DNA from: an uncultured Planctomycetia bacterium | GTDB taxonomy: Bacteria; Omnitrophota; Gorgyraeia; Duberdicusellales; Duberdicusellaceae | Reading direction: 5' to 3' | Length of the DNA: 64,000 bases | Assembly (NCBI GenBank): GCA_964634935.1 | Contig: CAZWJT010000001.1 | Span: 224,949-288,948, forward strand | In this document: positions 1 to 9,586 of the stretch, in pieces | Position numbering within the stretch: the first letter of the stretch is position 1 | Layout: every line of letters begins with the position of its first letter | Position numbers and translations under genes: made by a program | The notes under the pieces: model-generated | Seen by the model: only the letters and a program-made list of their open reading frames with translations | The model's database searches: none | Told to the model about the DNA's origin: nothing

Positions 1-1538
1 ACAAAATTGCTTTGATAGATTACGTAATCGGCAAGGTATCTGCGAATAAACCGGACCAGTGCATTTCTTGCGCTGCTGATGAGAGATTTTCCAGGCGATA
101 CGGAAAAAACCCGATGTTTCCAGTTAATCCCGTCAACCCTATGAATCACTTTTGCGCCCATGCATTTGTGAAATAAAATCCACAAAATTTTTGCCGTTCC
201 TCCAACGATAAAGATGACATCGGGTTTATTCTTTTCTCCCGGATAAGAAATTTTAAATCCCGATTGCTCCAAGAACACGCTGATATTTTCTTGAAAAGTT
301 CCCGGCCCACCAAATGCGGGCGGCGGATGAGGAAACCCGACACAGAAAGAATTATTTCCCTTCGTTGGGGATCGAAATATTGGCGAATCCGTCCTTGTGA
401 AAAAAACTTGTTCCAGAGCTTGGTAAATGATGCTTTCCTGATATTGGGGGGTATAATACCTCTGCACTATAGTTCGACAATGAGCTGACATGAAGCATTT
501 CTGCGGCGTAGGATAAAGCAAGAACTTAATCTTTGCCACTAAATCATCGCAGTCACCCTCTTTGTAGATTACCCCGGTCACCCCATCGACAACAGCTTCT
601 CCCTCGGGGCCTTGAGTGTGGCTGGCATTGTCATGAATTACCACTGGGATGCCGTATGCCAACGAATGAATGATCGCTAATCCCGCGTTCCCGGGAAGAA
701 CGGTAACATCCCCCAAATGCAGAAACAGGGATAACTCTTCTTGATCGAGAATTTGTCCGGTAAAAGTCACGATGTCATTTAGGTGAAGCGCATCTACTCG
801 GCTTTCTAATGCTGCCCTTTCCTCCCCTTCTCCGATAAAAAACAGATGGACAGATTTTCCTTCGTCGACCAGTTTTTTTACCGCATCCAATAAAAAGGTT
901 ATTTTCTTCCTGGGAGCCAGACTTCCCAGATGGATCAATACGCGGGTTTGAGGCCCAATCTGAAATTTATGCCTCAGATGATCAAGTTTGCTTTCTTTAA
1001 AATCGAAGATTTCTTTGGTTGCGACTGAATTATAAATGACCAAAAGTTTATCCGGATGAATTCCCTGCTTGATGAGTGTTTTCCGGGCTTTATTTCCATA
1101 CAAAAGCAACATATCATAACCCGAGAGAAAAACATACCGCAGCCATTTTTTAAGTCCGCGTTCTTCCTGAAGTACCCCTATCGACCACAGAATAAGTGGT
1201 ATATGCCGAATTTGACAGATAAAAGGCAAGAACCAAGAAGTAATGTTATAGGGATCTGCCCCTGTAATCAGAGCAGAAAAACGATGAAAACACACAATGC
1301 GCATAAGTCCTTTTTGCCAGTACAATTTGTGCTTCAAAAATGGCAGAGGGAAATAAATGTTTTTTACCGTTAAAAAGGGAATGCTCTCCAAAGGAATGCC
1401 TTGTGTACTCTCCGCCTGAGAATGATCGGCTATAAAAATAAATTTGTACTTGTCTGATCGAGCAAGCCTTCGGAAAATCGGCATTCGATAGTGCGCGAAC
1501 ACTCTCTGGTGGATATACACTATTCTTTTTCCCGACAT
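1..1538 (-). CDS. Glycosyltransferase family 4 (GT1-fold, RfaB-like). ATG at 1538; reading frame stays open to window start, so the 3' end is off-window or a stop was missed.
   Basis: Hand translation of the reverse complement from ATG 1538 gives a GT4 C-terminal domain (FIGEGEERAALE ... GIPVVIHDNASHTQG ... GVIYKEGDCDDLVAKIK). No in-frame stop was found down to position 1, which explains why the ORF track, which lists only complete ORFs, has no entry here. Start overlaps the upstream gene stop (ATGA at 1546-1549). Confidence 0.55.
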   Translation of the reverse strand, partial: MSGKRIVYIHQRVFAHYRMPIFRRLARSDKYKFIFIADHSQAESTQGIPLESIPFLTVKNIYFPLPFLKHKLYWQKGLMRIVCFHRFSALITGADPYNITSWFLPFICQIRHIPLILWSIGVLQEERGLKKWLRYVFLSGYDMLLLYGNKARKTLIKQGIHPDKLLVIYNSVATKEIFDFKESKLDHLRHKFQIGPQTRVLIHLGSLAPRKKITFLLDAVKKLVDEGKSVHLFFIGEGEERAALESRVDALHLNDIVTFTGQILDQEELSLFLHLGDVTVLPGNAGLAIIHSLAYGIPVVIHDNASHTQGPEGEAVVDGVTGVIYKEGDCDDLVAKIKFLLYPTPQKCFMSAHCRTIVQRYYTPQYQESIIYQALEQVFFTRTDSPIFRSPTKGNNSFCVGFPHPPPAFGGPGTFQENISVFLEQSGFKISYPGEKNKPDVIFIVGGTAKILWILFHKCMGAKVIHRVDGINWKHRVFSVSPGKSLISSARNALVRFIRRYLADYVIYQSNF

Positions 1539-1545
1539 AGAAGCC

Positions 1546-2670
1546 TCATTGGCGTAAAATCTGTCCCATCTTTCGCACCAGGCTCAAAATAGCATCCTTG
1601 GCCGATGGATAGCTGGCCAGTTTAGCCATACCTTTCTCGGCTAACGTTACGTTCAAGCCGGCGTTATCTTTGAGCGTAAGAATTACATCGCGCATGGACT
1701 CAAGAGAATGGGGATTAAAATACAACGCTGCATCACCGCAGATTTCTCTGGCAAAATCTAAATCACTTGTTAAGATTGGAAGACAAAATTTCATTGACTC
1801 AAGATAAGCCATCGAAAAAGATTCAAGTAACGTTGGAAAAAACAATGCGTTGAACGATTGATAATATGAGGCCAATTGAGAGTGATGAAGAGGTCCAAGA
1901 TTCACAACGGATTCCTGCAGTTTATACGCGTTGATACTCTGGAGCAGTTTTCTTGCGCGTGAACCTTGCGCGCCGCTAATGGTGATAAAGACGGCGACTC
2001 CCCGAAGGGCATTCTGGTATTTCCGAAAAAGCTCAACTACTCTCTCGAGGTTCTTGTGTTCATAGTACGCAGATAAAAATAATAATTTAAAGTGGCCCGC
2101 GTATTTTTTATCTAGAGAAATCCCAGTTATCTTCGTACCTTCCGAAGAATAATCCAGGAAGACAGGCGGGAAAGTAATCACTTCCCCTTGATAGTTGTAT
2201 TTCTGAAGAAACCTTTTGCGCATGGTTTCTGTCTGACACAAAACAAACTGCACATACGGCAGAGTCCCCCGAATACGGGATTCTTCAAGAAACGTGCGCA
2301 ACCTCGCTAAAAAACTCTTACTATGATACTCAGGGTACATTGAGTGTGCCCGCAGAATCATGGCTGCTTGCCGTAGAGTAGTTTTCTGTAGACCAAAACT
2401 ACCCAGATTCAAGATAAAATCAGGATGATACGCCCGGAGGATCATCGGAAGCTTAAAAAAATTGAACAGAAAACGACTCAGAAAGTTCTTGTGGGTGCAG
2501 AACAGGATTTTGTTCTGCCCGCATGCTAGCTCGCGATATTCAGGTATATCCGGAACAACAAAAAAATATTCATGATCGGAAGCGAATTTTTGAATGTTCT
2601 GTATCACAGAATAACCAAGACCAATGCCTCCACCGTATCGCAAATTATGCGCAAGAACTATGACTTTCAT
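1546..2670 (-). CDS. Glycosyltransferase family 4
   Basis: 374 aa. GT4-like C-terminal fold with the EX7E region (FFPTLLESFSMAYLESMKFCLPILTSD). ATGA overlap with the downstream gene. Confidence 0.7.
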   Translation of the reverse strand: MKVIVLAHNLRYGGGIGLGYSVIQNIQKFASDHEYFFVVPDIPEYRELACGQNKILFCTHKNFLSRFLFNFFKLPMILRAYHPDFILNLGSFGLQKTTLRQAAMILRAHSMYPEYHSKSFLARLRTFLEESRIRGTLPYVQFVLCQTETMRKRFLQKYNYQGEVITFPPVFLDYSSEGTKITGISLDKKYAGHFKLLFLSAYYEHKNLERVVELFRKYQNALRGVAVFITISGAQGSRARKLLQSINAYKLQESVVNLGPLHHSQLASYYQSFNALFFPTLLESFSMAYLESMKFCLPILTSDLDFAREICGDAALYFNPHSLESMRDVILTLKDNAGLNVTLAEKGMAKLASYPSAKDAILSLVRKMGQILRQ

Positions 2671-3656
2671 CGTTGCGATTCAGGAAATTCCAACTTGAGA
2701 TCAAACTTCAGGAATTCGATGCAAGCTTGTTTCTCAAACCCAGGTTTATTTACTGCATGTTTCCGGATGGTAAATACCCCGCGCCCCTTTTCTAAAGACC
2801 AATGTGCTGTTTTTGCTTGCTCGATTTCTTTAAGGGAATAAGAAGCTGGCCACAGAATTTTACGAAGAAAAGCAGACGCCTCCTGATAAGCAGCAGGAGA
2901 AAGTACAAAATAAAACTCCCTCGTCTCCTGTGGGGCATTGATATTTTTTAACCCTGCACGGTTTGATCCCGTATTATCGGAATTCCGGAAATGCCATCCT
3001 TCAATATCAAGAACATTGATGCCACGGTACGGAGGCGTTACAACACGGGCGAAATTATCTGCAGAGTTGGCTTGCGTACCCAAAAAAATACCCCAGCCCA
3101 GCTGCTGAGGAATGAGCCGAAAAAAAAGATCCTCCCCGACCTGTCGCTCAAACTTCTGGCCTTTTTTTATCAAACCGCTCAGATATATGATCTTTTTTCC
3201 GCGATAAATCCTTCTGATCAATGAGGCTGCCGTATGCGTATACCGTTGGATGCCAAACTCTGGATCGCTTATTCTGAAATACGGCTTGCCTGACAGACTA
3301 TCGAATTCTAGCTTTAAAAAAACAATAACCTTATTTTTTGCATACAAAGAAACATTATCTGCGTTCGTGAAGATAAATTCTAGAGAACTGCTGCGTCTTG
3401 GACGAAGTTTGGACAATGCTGCGGTCTGCTTTTCATAAAGAATATCTTGAACAATCAATCTCAGCAAATACGGTTTCTCACCCAAGCCTTTGCCAGTTCT
3501 TTGTTGAGATTGGACAGAAGCCACAACAACAAAATCTGATTCCGCCAGATACTCTTTTAAAGAATTATCGTTTGGTAACCCAGCGGGAACAGCGCCGCAA
3601 ATGCACAATGGAAACAAGAAGAAAACGATCGCGCGAGAAAACTTCTGCATGAACAT
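2667..3656 (-). CDS. Secreted hypothetical protein (signal peptide). Start trimmed to internal ATG (MFMQKFSRAIVFFLFPLCICGAVPA).
   Basis: N-terminus is a classic n-region plus hydrophobic core once trimmed. No recognisable catalytic motif. 4-bp overlap with the upstream GT gene suggests an operon. Confidence 0.45.
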   Translation of the reverse strand: MFMQKFSRAIVFFLFPLCICGAVPAGLPNDNSLKEYLAESDFVVVASVQSQQRTGKGLGEKPYLLRLIVQDILYEKQTAALSKLRPRRSSSLEFIFTNADNVSLYAKNKVIVFLKLEFDSLSGKPYFRISDPEFGIQRYTHTAASLIRRIYRGKKIIYLSGLIKKGQKFERQVGEDLFFRLIPQQLGWGIFLGTQANSADNFARVVTPPYRGINVLDIEGWHFRNSDNTGSNRAGLKNINAPQETREFYFVLSPAAYQEASAFLRKILWPASYSLKEIEQAKTAHWSLEKGRGVFTIRKHAVNKPGFEKQACIEFLKFDLKLEFPESQR

Positions 3657-3816
3657 TATTTTAAAATATCTGCAAAAATAAAATGCGCTCTCTTCTGCCA
3701 AACCCCCGAGAGCCTAACCGCAAACTTTTCCTAATTCTTAAAGATTTCTCGTTTACCGGAAGAAAATTTTCCAAGGCAGCAGAGAACCCGTCTCCCCGGC
3801 TTTCTATTCCATGAAA

Positions 3817-3903
3817 CGGAGAGGCAGGGATTCGAACCCTGGAGACTCCGAAGAGTCTACCGGTTTTCGAGACCGGCCGATTCAACCACTCTCGCACCTC
3901 TCC
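3817..3903 (-). tRNA. tRNA-Ser (anticodon CGA), 87 nt, long variable arm, CCA not encoded
   Basis: Folded by hand. Acceptor stem GGAGAGG/CCTCTCC, discriminator G. D-stem CGA/TCG. Anticodon stem CCGGT/ACCGG with loop CTCGAAA (anticodon CGA). Variable arm GACTC-TTCG-GAGTC. T-arm CAGGG-TTCGAAT-CCCTG. Confidence 0.9.
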
Positions 3904-3961
3904 GATATTTTCTTAATCCAGAACTCCCGTAGAATGCATACTCTGAGAGTCCAAGCTCACC

Positions 3962-5038
3962 TTATTCCCAAATACCAGGTATCTTCTCTCCACAAAACCT
4001 GCATGTCCCGTGAACGATATTATTCTCAAGCACTTTATACCCCTTACGCTCAAGAAGTAGTTTTCCGCATTTCGGACAATACGTGTTCTCTGCGGTATGC
4101 CCGGGAACGTTACCGATATACACATACTTAAGACCGCATGAAAGAGCTATTTGCCTGGCTTTTTCCAGAGTCTCAACCGGCGTTGGAGGTAAATTCTTCA
4201 ATTTGTACATTGGGTGAAACCTGGTAAAATGAAGCGGAACGCTATCCCCGAGGTTTTCCTTAATCCAAAGGCACATTTGTCGAATCTGAGCATACTCATC
4301 ATTGAGCGTCGGGACAACTAAATGAACAATCTCAAGAAATACCCCCTGTTCTTTCACTGTTTTCAGCGTTTCAAGGACCCGCGATAAATCTCCGAAAACA
4401 ACATCTCGATAGAACTCAGAGGAAAAACCCTTGAGATCAACCTTAATAACATCCATATATTTGCATAATTCCTTAAGGGGTTCGGCGTTCATATATCCGT
4501 TTGAGATCATCACATTTTTAATCCCAGCTGCCCTGGCAGCGCGCGCAGTATCGTACATAAATTCATAGAATACCGTTGGCTCAGCATACGTATACGCAAT
4601 CGACGCGCAGCGATATTTTTGAGCAAGCTCAACAATACCCTGAGAAGTCAAAGGTGTACTGGGAATATCTTCAGGGAGCGCCTGAGCAATCTCCCAGTTC
4701 TGGCAAAATTTACAATGCAGGTTGCATCCGGCACAAGCAAAAGATAACGCAAAACTCTGGGGTAAAAAATGAAAAACGGGTTTCTTCTCGATTGGGTCTA
4801 TATTCAGCGAAACGACTTTTCCGTAATTAAGCGCGTACAGTTTTCCCTGGATGTTTTTACGGGTACCACACTGTCCCCGTTGCCCTTCAGCAAGTACGCA
4901 ACGAAAAGGACATAAAAGGCACTGAACGTTTTGATTCGCCTGTCTTTGCTGCCATTGAGCAGGGTGAAGCTCGGCAGCAGAGGTTAAAGACGCAATCAAG
5001 AGGATCATCCCACAAAAGAATAAAGATATCGTGCGCAT
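3962..5038 (-). CDS. AmmeMemoRadiSam-type radical SAM enzyme, with an N-terminal hydrophobic or signal-like extension
   Basis: N-terminal cysteine motif VQCLLCPFRCVLAEGQRGQCGTRKN. DPIEKKP motif. Radical SAM cluster CAGCNLHCKFCQN. C-terminal Cys pairs CPKCG and CRFCG. ATG start verified at 5038. Confidence 0.75.
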   Translation of the reverse strand: MRTISLFFCGMILLIASLTSAAELHPAQWQQRQANQNVQCLLCPFRCVLAEGQRGQCGTRKNIQGKLYALNYGKVVSLNIDPIEKKPVFHFLPQSFALSFACAGCNLHCKFCQNWEIAQALPEDIPSTPLTSQGIVELAQKYRCASIAYTYAEPTVFYEFMYDTARAARAAGIKNVMISNGYMNAEPLKELCKYMDVIKVDLKGFSSEFYRDVVFGDLSRVLETLKTVKEQGVFLEIVHLVVPTLNDEYAQIRQMCLWIKENLGDSVPLHFTRFHPMYKLKNLPPTPVETLEKARQIALSCGLKYVYIGNVPGHTAENTYCPKCGKLLLERKGYKVLENNIVHGTCRFCGEKIPGIWE

Positions 5039-5085
5039 AAAGGTTGTAATTACTTGTATTCTATCAAATATTTACAAAAAATGCA

Positions 5086-5847
5086 TTAACGCTTCAGAAA
5101 AAAAAGAACCCCGGAAAAAAAAAGAAAAAATCCGGCGCACCGGCGTAAATAGAGAAATATTGATTCGCGGAAAACATATTCGAGGGTAAATTTAACCCCA
5201 AGCATACAGCTAATCAAAAAAGACACCATAAGCGTTGCGCTGAAACTGAAAATCAGAAAAGCGGCTACCTTGGTAAAAGTTTCAGTCCCAACACTCCAAA
5301 ACGGCGCCAAAAAACCAATCGCTTCAAAAGAACAAATGCACCCAGTAAATACACCCCAAACACCATACCAAAAACTGCCCATCGTTTTTGGAGAAGAGTA
5401 TACGTTAGCTCCTCGAGCAGAAAGATTGAATCTTTTTCCGGCGATGAAAAAAACACCGATTGCAAGCATCAAAAAACTATTCATTACTGCGCTTACGCGG
5501 GGAAGCTGTGTTTGAATAAAAGAAAGGATGCTTCCACCAGCGGAAGCAAAAATAAAAATAGAAAGAAACCGAAAACCATGAAACACCATGCTCTTTTTCA
5601 ACAAAGAAAAAAACCCTGCTTTTTCTCCAATTAAAGCGCTCCCCACAGAAATACCACAAAAAGGACAGCTGCTCACACCAAATAACATCCCATAGAAAAA
5701 AGCAACAAAAATTACTGATTGGCTGCCTGGACGCGAAACATCCAAATAAAAAATATCGCTCTTGTACAGAAGTGTCAGCGCACTTAATGCTATAGCGCAA
5801 GGATATGTATACCCCCGCATTATTTCCAAAAAATCTAACCTAGCCAT
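5086..5847 (-). CDS. Polytopic integral membrane protein with an intramembrane CxxC (SSCPFCG); function unknown, possibly a CcdA/DsbD-like thiol-disulfide transporter
   Basis: Multiple hydrophobic helices. Start moved to internal Met (MARLDFLEIMRGY) to remove an 83-bp overlap with the upstream ORF. Confidence 0.4.
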   Translation of the reverse strand: MARLDFLEIMRGYTYPCAIALSALTLLYKSDIFYLDVSRPGSQSVIFVAFFYGMLFGVSSCPFCGISVGSALIGEKAGFFSLLKKSMVFHGFRFLSIFIFASAGGSILSFIQTQLPRVSAVMNSFLMLAIGVFFIAGKRFNLSARGANVYSSPKTMGSFWYGVWGVFTGCICSFEAIGFLAPFWSVGTETFTKVAAFLIFSFSATLMVSFLISCMLGVKFTLEYVFRESIFLYLRRCAGFFLFFSGVLFFLKR

Positions 5848-5854
5848 TAAAAAC

Positions 5855-6469
5855 TCATTTTTTTCTGAACCGTATTTGCGTAATAGAGGCAACGCAGTTT
5901 TTACTGTATGACGCTGATATATCTTTTTCTTTCCCAAAATAACTCCGTAAAAAGTCGCGGGCTGAAAAAGCTTCTGAAGGAGCTTGGGTAATAAAATTTT
6001 CCGTTGCCCCGAAGTCTAAGAATACGATTTCCTCAAGACTTCTTGTCTGAAAACCAGGAAAAATCTGACTGAGAGAGAATGCGGAACCCTGAGGGCCAGC
6101 CTGGAATGTAATTTCCAAGAAATCGCCTACGGGCTTCTTCCACCAAGGTATATCATTTTCTAACAAAAATTCCTGGAAATCCTGCAATGATACATCAGAA
6201 CAAAAAAAACTTATTCGATCAAGTTCCCTTTGAAGATTACGAGCTACCGTATTCCTGAAGGGGAAAAGCCGTAAAGCAATTAAATGCGGCTGTATACTTT
6301 TGCCGCAGTTGCCGCGTACTGTGAGCGTAATTTCTTTTTCCTTCTTTTCGAAAAAAACAGGGCGAGGTTTTTCTTTGAAGCAAAAATATAGATCGGCAGC
6401 GAGAAAAAAAATAAAAAAACAAAGAACAAGTTGCTCACAAAAAATCACTATGCTTCTTGGTATCTTCAT
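5855..6469 (-). CDS. Hypothetical membrane-anchored protein (N-terminal TM helix plus soluble domain of about 170 aa)
   Basis: Start trimmed to the Met preceding the TM segment (MKIPRSIVIFCEQLVLCFFIFFLAADLYF). The trimmed start avoids overlap with suhB. Confidence 0.35.
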   Translation of the reverse strand: MKIPRSIVIFCEQLVLCFFIFFLAADLYFCFKEKPRPVFFEKKEKEITLTVRGNCGKSIQPHLIALRLFPFRNTVARNLQRELDRISFFCSDVSLQDFQEFLLENDIPWWKKPVGDFLEITFQAGPQGSAFSLSQIFPGFQTRSLEEIVFLDFGATENFITQAPSEAFSARDFLRSYFGKEKDISASYSKNCVASITQIRFRKK

Positions 6470-6512
6470 CTTCAGACGGAAGGGATAAACTGCAGACGAC
6501 AGAAAATTATCC

Positions 6513-7274
6513 TTAAAAAAACTCCTGAACAATACGCTGCACAGGCTCAGCCAAACCGGATGTACTTGCAATATACCCGATAGTCTGGGGAGTGGCAGCA
6601 TTCCCCTTTAAATCCCGGAATACTCCCCCAGCTTCTTGAATAATACAAACACTTCCTGCAAAATCCCACGGCCGGTCGTGAAATTCAATGGCAAAATCAA
6701 GCACGCCTTCGGCAACATACGTAAGACTTCTCACGGATGAACCAAACATACGAACATTAAATACGGCTTGAGAAACTCGATCAAGTACTTTGAGCATAAC
6801 TTCGGGGGAATAGCGGATGCTCGAATCATAAGAACAAGAAGCTTCTTTCATGGCTTTCACTGAAGATGCGAAAATCTGCTTACCATTCTTAAAAGCTCCC
6901 TTGCCTTTTTCTGCCCAATACAATTCTTTTTCTTTCGGCATATACACTACACCCAAAACAAAATCACCCTTATGCCACAGGCCGATTGAAACCCCAAAAA
7001 TATCGATACCGCGGATAAAATTATGCGTACCGTCCAAAGGATCAATAACCCAGAGATAATCTCGATCCATATGGATACATGTCTGCTCTTCACCCAAAAT
7101 ACCAAACTCGGGAAATTCCCGGAGCAAAGTCTTTACAATCATCTCTTCTGCTTTCCGGTCAAGATCTGTAGCCAGGTTCCGATCACCTTTACTTATGATA
7201 CTGCTAACCTTACCAAAATTACTGGATAAAAAATCTCCAGCCTGCAGAGCAATATGTTTTACAACTTCAATCAT
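6513..7274 (-). CDS. suhB: Inositol monophosphatase family protein (SuhB-like)
   Basis: IMPase motifs WVIDPLDGT and the metal-binding DxxDG region; 253 aa. Confidence 0.85.
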   Translation of the reverse strand: MIEVVKHIALQAGDFLSSNFGKVSSIISKGDRNLATDLDRKAEEMIVKTLLREFPEFGILGEEQTCIHMDRDYLWVIDPLDGTHNFIRGIDIFGVSIGLWHKGDFVLGVVYMPKEKELYWAEKGKGAFKNGKQIFASSVKAMKEASCSYDSSIRYSPEVMLKVLDRVSQAVFNVRMFGSSVRSLTYVAEGVLDFAIEFHDRPWDFAGSVCIIQEAGGVFRDLKGNAATPQTIGYIASTSGLAEPVQRIVQEFF

Positions 7275-7277
7275 AGA

Positions 7278-8750
7278 TTATACAAGAAAATCCTTGGCAA
7301 ACATCGTATCGAGCCCAAATAAACAGAGAGGATCAATTGTTTTTTTAAGTTTAGCCATCTCTTTCAAATGTTTTTTCCCATACATAATCTCAAGATACGG
7401 CCTTTTAATCTTGCCTATACCATGTTCCGCAGAAATTGTACCTTTTAGCGCGATCGCTCTTTTGATGAATTCCATAACAAACCCTTTAGCCCGAAAAGAT
7501 TCTTCGTCGTTCTTCGGCAAAAAATTGAAATGGAGATGATTCTGTCCAATGTGCCCGAAATTCACATAGCTGATTTGCGACTCTTCCGCCTTCTCTTTAT
7601 AGAATGCGTACATCTGGCGGAAAGATTCGTCAGCTACTGCGATATCCGTAGCCATCTTAAGTTGCTTATGGCTTCGCAAAATTTCGTTAATCCGCGAAGG
7701 GAGCTTATGGCGAAACTCATAGAGACGCTCTCTGTCCTTGGATGTTTCAGCAAACCAACACTGGTCAAGAGAAGCACCATACTGCTGAACAATCCCGCAC
7801 CAGAAATCAATAAATTCAGAAGCGGTTCCTTCCTGCTCTATTTCCTGTTCAAAATACACAGCACATTCGGCCCGAGGGAGCGATGGATAAAATTCCTCGA
7901 GTAGATTGAGCGAATTACGATCAAAAAACTCAAGGCTGCAGGGATAATTCTTCCGTTGTTGACGAAGTGATTTTGTATAGTCAACAAACCGAAGGGCTTC
8001 ATCTTCTGAGGGAAAAAATACGATACAATTAAAAACGTCGAAGACAAGCGGTTGCACAAACAATTCAGCATCCACGATAACCCCTAAAGTCCCCTCCTGT
8101 CCGATAAAGAGATCGATGAAATCCATATTCTCGGCGACAAAATACCCAGCTGACGATTTAATCTTTGGACTTGTATACGAAGGAAGGGTAAACTTAAAAT
8201 TTTTTTGGCTTTTCCCGTGTTTTAAAATTCCTGAAAAATTTCTCTTGTGCGCAAAAAATGTTCCCCGCTCAAGCCAATAGTACTCTCCATCAGAAAGCAC
8301 TATGCCTAGGCCTCGTACATACCTGCGGATAGAATCATACTTAAAACTCCTCGGTCCAGAAGCCGAGTTAGCAATCACTCCTCCAATAAAGGCAAGCGGC
8401 TCGGTTGGCTGAGCCCGTAAGGTAAGTTTTTTACAATTCAACTCTTTCTCAAGATCGGCAAGCCGTACCCCTGCCTGAACCAGAACCGTATTCTTTTGGA
8501 CATTGATATCTTTAATTTTGTCTAAAGCTTCCAGGGAAACAAGAGCGCCTTCCAGGGGAACCCTCCCTCCGGTTGTTCCTGTCCCCCCTCCGGAAACCGT
8601 GAGCGGAACATGGTGCAACATACACTCACGGACTACAGAACTTACTTCAGCAGCATCTCGCGGGATATACAAAGCCGTAGCGCTACCTTGCAAGTTTGAA
8701 GTATCCTCGAGATAAGACGCAAACTCTTCCTTACTTCTTTTAACAATCAT
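7278..8750 (-). CDS. FAD-linked oxidase (GlcD / D-lactate dehydrogenase family)
   Basis: FAD_binding_4 signature (PLTVSGGGTGTTGG) plus a C-terminal FAD-oxidase domain; 490 aa. Confidence 0.8.
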   Translation of the reverse strand: MIVKRSKEEFASYLEDTSNLQGSATALYIPRDAAEVSSVVRECMLHHVPLTVSGGGTGTTGGRVPLEGALVSLEALDKIKDINVQKNTVLVQAGVRLADLEKELNCKKLTLRAQPTEPLAFIGGVIANSASGPRSFKYDSIRRYVRGLGIVLSDGEYYWLERGTFFAHKRNFSGILKHGKSQKNFKFTLPSYTSPKIKSSAGYFVAENMDFIDLFIGQEGTLGVIVDAELFVQPLVFDVFNCIVFFPSEDEALRFVDYTKSLRQQRKNYPCSLEFFDRNSLNLLEEFYPSLPRAECAVYFEQEIEQEGTASEFIDFWCGIVQQYGASLDQCWFAETSKDRERLYEFRHKLPSRINEILRSHKQLKMATDIAVADESFRQMYAFYKEKAEESQISYVNFGHIGQNHLHFNFLPKNDEESFRAKGFVMEFIKRAIALKGTISAEHGIGKIKRPYLEIMYGKKHLKEMAKLKKTIDPLCLFGLDTMFAKDFLV

Positions 8751-8754
8751 GATA

Positions 8755-9093
8755 CTAAAAACTTAAAATATCCCCCGGGTGTGTGTTGGTTTTAGAAAGA
8801 ACCCCCCGAGGTAACTCAATAACCGCGAATACACCGAATAAAAATTTTGATATTCTTCCGGAAGGAAAATCATGATAGAGATGAATGATTTTCAGAGACT
8901 TATCAACAAAGATGACATCGATAGGAAATTTCATAAAAAATGTGTGGATACTACCGCAATGATAAAAAACTAACGCCTCCCCTTCGGGGAAAAAAGCCTT
9001 GCCGAGTAAACCCTGCAACCTTTGCCAAAATGTCCGGGCAATCCTTCCGTCTGTTGCAAGAACAACCCCTCGAGTACTATTTTTAATCTCCAT
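8755..9093 (-). CDS. DUF192 family protein
   Basis: 112 aa. Characteristic pattern RGLLGK...GEALVF..CGSIHTFFMKFPIDVIFVD. Confidence 0.65.
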   Translation of the reverse strand: MEIKNSTRGVVLATDGRIARTFWQRLQGLLGKAFFPEGEALVFYHCGSIHTFFMKFPIDVIFVDKSLKIIHLYHDFPSGRISKFLFGVFAVIELPRGVLSKTNTHPGDILSF

Positions 9094-9162
9094 GATAAAT
9101 ATTATACACCAAAAAAGAAAGACCTCAAAGAAAAGGCAGTAGAAAAGTGTTGGTTGGGGTTT

Positions 9163-9579
9163 TTATTCTTCTGATGAAGACAAAAGCTTCTCTTTGAGTG
9201 AAGCTGGCATAAGCACCGGCTTAAAATCTTCCCCGACACATGCAACCCGTGTCTTCACTTCGGCGATTAGCGCCCTATCTTTCATCCGAATGACGGTATG
9301 AACAAAATCTATCCGCGAAGCTCCCAGAGAAGCACAATCAACGCTTACCCGCAAGTGATCGCCAAGATGTGCCGGCGCACGATAAAAAACTTCAGCACGA
9401 GAAACCACAAATAAATACCCCTGTTCTTTATAGGCACCCAGAGAAATGCCCCTGGCCAAGAAAAACTCCATTCGTGCTCGTTCGCAATAGGTAAGATAGT
9501 TCGCATAGTAAACAACCCCCTCGCAATCTGTATCCTGGTAATAAATTCGAAGATCAAAAGAAAACTTATCGGCAGGCAT
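9163..9579 (-). CDS. ybgC: Acyl-CoA thioesterase, YbgC/4HBT hotdog family
   Basis: 138 aa. YQDTDCEGVVYYANYLTY motif with catalytic Asp in the hotdog fold. Confidence 0.8.
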   Translation of the reverse strand: MPADKFSFDLRIYYQDTDCEGVVYYANYLTYCERARMEFFLARGISLGAYKEQGYLFVVSRAEVFYRAPAHLGDHLRVSVDCASLGASRIDFVHTVIRMKDRALIAEVKTRVACVGEDFKPVLMPASLKEKLLSSSEE

Positions 9580-9586
9580 AAAAAGT

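Noticed and set aside
146-488. ORFs 146-343(-) and 264-488(+)
   Set aside because: They fall inside the long GT4 reading frame running off the window start. Short with no motifs.
3661-4131. ORF-track entries 3661-3897(-), 3811-4131(+) and 3913-4125(-) overlapping the tRNA-Ser and its flanks
   Set aside because: They are superseded by a well-folded tRNA and by the radical SAM gene on the opposite strand or frame. No protein-like composition.
5855-6469. Weak resemblance of ITLTVRGNCGKS to the AMMECR1 LRGCIG region, which would supply a missing AmmeMemoRadiSam partner
   Set aside because: Similarity is limited to a few residues and the rest of the protein does not align convincingly from memory. 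Needs a profile search before any claim.
5855-6601. Full-length 248-aa reading of ORF 5855-6601, overlapping suhB and the downstream membrane gene
   Set aside because: The N-terminal 44 aa overlap the suhB 3' end and lack features. An internal ATG preceding a TM helix gives a cleaner gene. Likewise the downstream gene was shortened to remove an 83-bp overlap.
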